Below are positions 55,831 to 64,000 of a stretch of DNA of 64,000 bases, piece after piece. The position numbers and the translations under genes were made by a program. Positions within the stretch are counted from its first letter, which is position 1; each line of letters begins with the position of its first letter. This stretch comes from the human T2T-CHM13v2.0 reference genome, Homo sapiens: the NCBI RefSeq assembly GCF_009914755.1, contig NC_060935.1. One strand, 5' to 3'. The notes under the pieces are model-generated. The model made no database searches, was not told the DNA's origin, and was given only the letters and a program-made list of their open reading frames with translations.

Positions 55831-57299
55831 AGTAAAGACTTTGGTTTCCTCTTTCAGGAAAAGCTCAATTTCAGTAGTTTTGTCACTGCGAAATGTGAAT
55901 CTCTGGATAATGTGCCCAGTTCAAAAGTAGCAAAATTAGAACCTGAACTCAAGATCCTTCTGATCCCAAAGTTTATGACTTAAAAATAGATTCAATGGTG
56001 TTATCAGTGATTAAGTAATTAATTGCTGGTTTAAATAAACCCAGTTCCTCATGGAAGATAATACACTTGTATTTTAATACGAGATTTCAACATCTTAAAG
56101 TCAGGATGTGCATAAAAGTGGGAATTTCTAGTGCTTAAGCCAATGTGAGGAGAATAGATGAGGGAGAAAAAAGAGAGAGGTTGTGATTTTCACTGAGCTC
56201 TTCTGTCAGCCCTCAAATGACAGCATTTGGATCTATGCAACCAGCATTCTGCATCTTCTCTGTCCAACACCACTCAACCAGTGGGGCAGGCCGACTTCTA
56301 AAACATGTATGTATCAGCAAATGCTATATCATAAACTGCTGGAATGATGGAATTTGCCATTTTGGCCCCGCTTGGATTACTGACCCACAAACATTTAACT
56401 TACAAAATGAATAAAATGCTAGTACTTTGATTTCTCTGAAAATGGTTGTGCTACTTCGTCAAATATAACACTTAACTTTTCTGTGCGTGTGCCCTCAGTA
56501 AGAGTATAGTGGATTCACAAAGTCTCTGAGCTCTACCTCTGGCCTGATTATTTAATAGCTAATAAATAATTACGAAGCTAGAGCCAAGATTTTCCAAGTA
56601 CTTGAGGTCTCAGAATCTACCAGCTATTAATCACAAGCAGCCCATTTTCTAATTATCATTTTGGAATGGGCTGTTTGCTCTAAATTTTTTTAATGACCAT
56701 GGAAACCAGAGCCACACATACATTAGAAAAGAAATTTCTATGTCTGCCTTCATGCACTTTTCATAATGAAGACAACCAAGATGTGGTGCTAATTCTACTC
56801 TGAATACATTCATGTGTTCAGTCATCCACGGAAATGTGTCCTGTTGAAAGAAATGTCATTTGAACCAATAATTGACCCTTTCAAATACCAGCATGAAAAT
56901 TGCTTATGACACAGTTAGAGCCTATGACCCCATGAATATCCATCAAGAAGTGGACCATTAATAAATTGTACTACATTAAGTACACTGTTTCTAACTGGAT
57001 TGTTTGTTTTTATAACAGATAGCTCGTGTCATCAATGGGGAATTAGCTGATTGTAACAATATTGTCCTTCCTGAGATGGAATAAAATTCAAAATAACAAT
57101 GGGTTACTATTAATATAGGCTTATCATATACAAAACACAATATTAAGTATTTAATGTTATCACTCATTCATCAAATATTTACAGAATTAATATATAGCAT
57201 TTTTCTATGCTTTAAAATAAGGTCATAAACCAAATGCAGTCCTTACTCTTAAGAAGTGGAACTTACAGCTGCAAAGAGAGGCATTAAATAAGTAATTGT

Positions 57300-57470
57300 T
57301 ACCTTACTTAATGCTCACAACAATACTGTGTTTATTTTCCCAATATTTACAGAAGTAAGTAATACTTAGAGAAGTTAAATACCTCTTCTAAGGTCACTGT
57401 TGGTAAATACAGTTAGGATTTGAACCTAGAAGCTTCCGACTTTAATGATTTTGCTCTTAACTACATCATT
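57300..57470 (-). mobile_element. MIR fragment, with short L2 3' ends at ~57160-57295 and ~57570-57690
   Basis: tttacagaag...agagaagttaaat...aaggtcac...ggatttgaacc. Confidence 0.7.
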
Positions 57471-58068
57471 AAATTGCTACCCTCTATGTATTTGTATCAT
57501 TTACTAGATACTTCACTAACTTGGTTCTTTTACAAATTTTCTAAACACTTTTTCCCCTTTTCCTTAGCACATTCATTCAACCCAGCCAGTATCAAATATG
57601 TGTTGGGTACATTCCAGGCACTGGGGATACCATATACTTCAATGAGTGCACTCAATGGTAAACACTGTGCTAGGATTTATCCATTAGCACAGTGTTTATC
57701 AGTTCATCTGACTCCATCCCCAGGACATTTTTTGTTCCTCCTCTTATATTAAATGAAGGAATATCTTTCTATGTCAAAGTAATACTCAGTTTAGCTTGTA
57801 TCGACATAACATAATTTAACAGATGTTTATGAATGAATGCTAATGCCATTTAACATATGCTTCTGGGACTTTCAACAATTAGGCAACATTTCTTTTCATG
57901 GTAATTTCTTTTAATCCATACTTATTTTGAGTTCTGGATGACTTCAGGTGCTAAGGGAGAATACAAGTACTCTAGGATTCTTGGAGATTATCTATTTTAT
58001 TATTCTCTGCCTTTCTAGTGTTGATTCATAGAGGTGGTTACTTGTTGAAAGAGCTCTCATAGAATTAA

Positions 58069-58308
<240 letters not shown>

Positions 58309-58498
58309 CAACCCAGCGGTTTCAAAACTTGGCTATGGATTATAATAACCTATGGAGATCATTAAAAACAGACACCTGGGTATAGATCAATGGGACCAGA
58401 CCAGAGAGCCAAGAAACAGATCTGTGCATGTATGGTAAAGAAAAAAAGGGATATATTAAGTTTCATCAAATTAAAAATATTTACTTTTTGAAAGACAT

Positions 58499-58893
58499 TA
58501 TATTAGTTTGCTAGGGCTGTCATAACAAGATATTATAGACTGGGTGACTTAAGCAACAAAAATTCATTTTCTCACAGTTCTGGAGGTTAGAAGTCCAAGA
58601 ACAAGGTATTAGCAGGCTGGTTTCTCCTGAGATCTCTCTCTGGCTTGCAGATGGATCCTTCTCAATGTGTCCTCACATGGTCTTTCCTCTGTGAACATGA
58701 ATCCCTGTGTGTTCACATTCTTCTTTTCATGAGTACATCAATCCGATGGAATTAGCGCCTATCTTATGGCCTCATTTTAACTTAAGCACTTTATTAAAGG
58801 TCCTATCTCCAAATATGGTCACATTCTAAAGTCCTGGGAGTCAGGGCTTCAACATAGGAATTTTGGAGGGATGACACGATTCATCCCATAACA
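58499..58893 (-). mobile_element. MLT1B-like MaLR solo LTR
   Basis: tattagtttgctagggctgtcataacaa...cctatctccaaatatggtcacattct...attcatcccataaca. Confidence 0.88.
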
Positions 58894-59006
58894 GAAAGTA
58901 TTAAGAAAATTTAAAAGGCAAGATACTGACTGGGATAAAACATTAATAGTACATGTATCTCACAAAGGATTTGCATCCAGAATATATAAAGAACTTTAAA
59001 AACTCA

Positions 59007-59438
<432 letters not shown>

Positions 59439-61264
59439 TCAAACGACAATGAGATTCCACTACACACTTCATCAAATGGCTAAAATTCAAAAAGACCAAC
59501 AATGTTGAGTATCAGCAAAAATGTGGAGCAACTGGAATTTTCACATACTGCTTGTGGGAACTTTAAACTGGCACAATGACTTTGGAAAACAATTTGGCAA
59601 TTTCCTATGAAGTTAAATAGATACCATACAATGGGACAATTTCAGCCCTCGGTATTTATCCAAGTAAAATGAAAATGTTCACACAAATACTTGTATATAA
59701 ATGTTCATAGCAGCCTTATTCATAATAGCCAAAAATTTAAAACCACCCATCCACCCATATACCCACCAACAAGTAAATGGGTAAACAAATTGTAAAATAT
59801 ACAGACAACAGAATATTACACATAAATAAAAAGAATAAACAACTTGTATACCTGGGAACACAGATGAATCTCAAAAACATTATGCTTAAGGAAAGAAGCC
59901 AGACACAAAGAGTTCACATTGTAGATTCCATAGATCATGTTCTAGAGCCAGAAAAACTAATTTACAATGACAAAAAGCATACCAGTGGTGGTCTGGACCT
60001 GAGAGGGGAACAATTGACTACAGTGACATTTTTGTAACTTCCAAGGAAGTTTTTGGAGTTATATAAATATTGTACATCTTGATTTCAGTGAATATATGGG
60101 TATATACATTTGTCAAAATTCATCAAACTTTGCACTTGAATGGGTGCTGTTAAAGAATGTTGATTATAACTCACAGATTTCTGGGTCCAAATTCAGATCT
60201 ACTAAATCAGAATTTTTGGAAAAAGGGCCTAGGAATGAGTTTGTTTGTTTGTTTGTTTATAAGAATCCCATCCACAGGAGATTCTGATATAGTTGTGTGT
60301 AGGGGTGATAATATGGTCCAACCAGTGCAGGCATCCCTGTACCACGCTGCCCTCAGATGGCCATGCAACTTCTGCTCGGTGCCCACCACACCTCTACTCC
60401 CTCTCCTCTAGCTGGAGCTCACTCTCTTGTATGGTAGCCAATTCTGTTTTAGAACAGTTCTTTTTCTCACTATGGCATGCACCTAATCCTTGGTCACGTG
60501 ACTGCTAAAGCAGTAGATTTCTATGGCCCTTTGCTTTTCTCTGTTGCGTCTCCTCTGACAATTCAGGGCTGCTTTAGGAGTAGATTAAAAACAAGGGGTC
60601 CAACCAAAGTGAACACAACACCTCTTATATGTTTACATTAATGTATTCAATTAGCATGCACTGATGACTCACCATTTCCATGTCAATGGGCTAGATGCTG
60701 GAGACAGAATAAAGAATAACATTTATAAAGATGTCCCCAGTTCAGGACATGTGCTGGATGTACGACATCTACATGTGAGGTGGTGATTTTAGAGAAAAAC
60801 AAGTAGATAAAGGCATGCAATCGCTTTCCGCTCAGCTTAATGCCCACGAGAGTTTCCTTTCTGTCCATGGCCAAAATTAGGGCTCTAAGCTCTTTATATT
60901 GAAGGCATCAAAAGATATCTTTACAGGCTAGAATGCAATCACTTATGCAGTCTCATTGGTTCTAGTGTCTATTTTTACCATTCTCTCCTCTTTTTCCCCA
61001 GATGTTCTCAATGATCTTGGTGGTCTCTGTCCCATAGGAGCACCCTACTTAGACCTGCTCTTTCCCCTTGAACCACAGTCTGAATCGAAGTCCCAGGCCC
61101 CACTGGCTGGTAAAGCAAGGTCAGCTTGACAACTGTACTGTGAGAAAGCGAACAATGCTTTTATAGAGGTAGAAGCAAAGTATTCCAGGAGCACTGAACC
61201 AGATTACTTCAGTTTACAAATTATGTTTCACACATATTATCTCATTTGAGCTGACCTGGGACTG

Positions 61265-61530
61265 ATAACAATAGTTGTCACCATTTATTGAATTCCTACC
61301 ATGTCTAGACAAGATGTTGTGCTGAGTGTGTTGAACTTTTTAAACCTCATTTGATTCTTACCACAAATTGTATGATGCATACAGTATGTTATTCTCATTT
61401 TACAGATGTGGAAACTGAGGCTGAGAGAGATTAAGTAACTTTTCCAAGGTTAAATAACCAAGAAGTGACAAAACTGGGATTTGGATGCAGTTATACATGA
61501 CTTCAAGGCCTATAATCTTAATTACTACTG
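61265..61530 (-). mobile_element. MIR SINE
   Basis: ctcattttacagatgtggaaactgaggctgagagagattaagtaactt. Confidence 0.9.
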
Positions 61531-62394
61531 TCATTAATGACCTTAGTTTAATAATACCCTGTTTTCAAAAATAATAGGTTTTTATTTTCCTTTCCATGCT
61601 GATCCTAAAGTGGTTTACAGAACCCCAGGAGGAATTATTTAGGGAGGACTCAACTAAATTAAGATCATGATATAATCTCAGATCCCCCTAAAAATTCATT
61701 AATGTAAAGGTATTTGGTATCTCCAGATAATTCTCTTCACTGTACTTTTCACTAAGCATGACCTTCTCCCGTCCTTCAGGCCTCTTCTCCTTCTTCTATG
61801 TTCCAAACATCCAACCCTGCATTGCAACCCATTACTGGATATCTTCCCTGTATGAAGGATAATAAAGAGTTAATCAAAGATTCCTTAAAATGAGAAGTCA
61901 AACTTCCACCAGCTACATGGCCAAGCACAATCTCCACAATCACAGTGATAGCCAGCAGGGTGGCAGCCTTGCAAGATCTTTGGTTCATGGGAAGAGGGCC
62001 TCCTTTCTATGTTTCATGTTCCAAAAAGATGGACCTCCATCAGAGTTAGACTCCTGGTCCCGGCCTCTCTCTGCCTACCTGCACTTTCTCTAGGAGGGAA
62101 GTAAATTTTTGATTTGGAACTGCACTGTATGTGGCTTAGCCCCTTTTAGGATCTTCTTGGCATCTGACTGCCTGGAAGGAACATGCATTTTGATCTGCTG
62201 TCTGGTCATGAATAGGTATATTGGAGTAGGCCCTGCCCCTATATAGGCACAAGATTAGGCCTGTGATTTTCCAGTTTTGTCCTTGACTGGGTAGGTAAGA
62301 TGACTCCTTGGGAATATATTAATAAGGCCATTTTTGCCACACACATAAGCTACTTATTTCAATCTAAGATACTTGTGTGGCATGTAATTTATAA

Positions 62395-62825
62395 AAGATC
62401 AGTATCCTCTATTAAGAGATTGCTATAACTTTAACTGATAAATCTTAAAATCTCCGTAGCATAACATGATAGCAACTAATTTCTTGCTCATGCAAATTCC
62501 AGTCTCTGCTTGGGAAGGCTTCCCTTAACTCAGTAATACTCCAGGTTGCAGAAGGCTCTGCTATCTTTTATACTTGGCTTCCAAGATCTCCCTAATCTAT
62601 AGTAGCTAACTAGCAGATGGGAGAAGAGAAAGGGTAGCAGATCACAGAGGAGGCTTTTCTTGGACAGGCCTGAAAGTTGGCATGCCTCACTTCTTCTCAC
62701 ATTCCATTATCAGAAGCTAGTCACAAAACCTCACCTAGCTGCCAAGGAGGATGGAAACAGTCTAGTTTCATGCCCAGAAGGGAAGAGGAATAGGTTTGAT
62801 GAACAGTTAGCCAGTCTCTACTACA
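62395..62825 (-). mobile_element. MLT1J/K-like MaLR solo LTR
   Basis: tcacattccattatcagaagctagtcaca...gtttgatgaacagttagccagtctctactaca. Confidence 0.78.
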
Positions 62826-63650
62826 TATCCAGAATATATAAAGAAATCCTTACAGATAAATAAGAAAAAGCCAACAACAACCTAACAAAAAGTAGGTAAA
62901 GGACAAGAATAGGCATTTCACATGAAACGCAAATAGCCAACAAATATATCCAGAGATGTTAACTCCATTAGTATACAGAGAAATGGAAATTAAAGCCACA
63001 TTGAGATGTCATTTTATAACCAATAGATTGGCAAGATGTAAAGACTCTTATAATGTCAATCATTGGCCAGGATGCTCAGTGTAGCCGATACTACCAGTGC
63101 CTGGCCATCTTCTTTGGCTTACCCTAGATGTCTCCTGCCATCGGCATTCATGTGCAGGCTTACAGGAACAATCCTCATCCAACAAGGGATAGGATATGGT
63201 GATTAAACATGCCAGCTTCCTTAAAGGATTCCCAGAGAGAACGAGCCTCAATTGGCTATACATAGTATTAATCATCCATATAACTTTTCCTATAACCTGT
63301 ATGGACTTTCCTCTCTTCTTTAGCTCTACTGTCCACAGTGCTTTCTGAGTTCACCCTCCAGAAAAACCTGTTTGGACCCAAATTCTTGTCTCTGGATCTG
63401 CACTTGGGGGAAGACAAACTAAGACTGCATAACAGGAATCCTTGCTCTTCTCACTGCTGATGGGAGTGTAAATCTGTAGAAAACTTTTTTTAAAAAAAAA
63501 AAAAAAAACGATTTGTTATTACTTAGTGAACTTGAAAAAACTAGCTCAGAAATTTTATTCTACGTATATTCCCAAGAGAATTTTTGCACTAATATACCAG
63601 AAAACATGTATAAGTTTTCACAACAGCATTATTTGTACTAGCAAAAATCA
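62826..63650 (+). mobile_element. L1ME ORF2 3' fragment split by an LTR
   Basis: tatccagaatatataaagaa...cattggccaggatg | ctctcactgctgatgggagtgtaaat. Confidence 0.8.
63080..63427 (+). mobile_element. LTR33-like ERVL solo LTR
   Basis: tgtagccgatact...caaattcttgtctctggatctgcacttgggggaagacaaactaagac. Confidence 0.65.
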
Positions 63651-63779
63651 TACAGTGAACTACATAGCAGGTATCATGCTAGGATTCTAGATATAACAAT
63701 GAGTTTGGGGGATTTCTAAATGTTTAGAAATCCAACCTGAAATTCAACCCTTTGCCTCCATACAGAAGACTTCATTTTT

Positions 63780-64000
63780 TTTATTCACCCATTTCTTCAT
63801 TCCCTCAACAAATGCTGGGTGTTTTCTGGGAGCCAGGGAGCTCTGTAGGTGAATAAATCAAAGGCTCCTCCAGGAACCCAGAATCTAGTAATGGTCAGAT
63901 GGAGAGCAGTGGATAAACTAACCAGGCTGAGTGCTGGCGTAAGGTCAGACATGGGAGTTGTGCAATTTGGAGTTTAGGAGTGAAAATTCTGCATCAAATA
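63780..64000 (-). mobile_element. L2 3' end fragment
   Basis: attcacccatttcttcattccctcaacaaatgctgggtg...ctcctccaggaacccagaatctagt. Confidence 0.6.

Overview
This is primate, most likely human, genomic DNA. It is AT-rich, CpG-poor and intergenic or deep-intronic. I see no host protein-coding exon, RNA gene or CpG island. More than half of the window looks like transposable-element sequence: a near-full-length but inactive L1PA6-like LINE-1 (2496-7868, minus strand), four shorter L1PA pieces, many older L1M, L2, MIR and L4 relics, nine Alus, about a dozen MaLR/ERV solo LTRs and a few DNA transposons. The only ORFs I recognise are L1 ORF1/ORF2 remnants or Alu/microsatellite read-throughs; the rest look like chance ORFs. 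I found no evidence of a new biological system. The best second-look items are structural: (1) two L1s inserted one after the other at the same endonuclease site, where the target-site duplications (TSDs) fix their order and the older one carries a short 3' transduction (42.3-44.4 kb); (2) a near-identical ~110-bp inverted copy of part of a MIR (36.4 and 37.4 kb); (3) repair-type scars inside L1s; (4) a THE1 LTR with an apparent 8-bp TSD; (5) a left/right chimeric Alu monomer; (6) a repeat-free, motif-rich candidate regulatory island at 10.3-12.3 kb. Repeat subfamily names are from recalled consensus sequences, and boundaries of old elements are approximate; both need RepeatMasker/Dfam confirmation.
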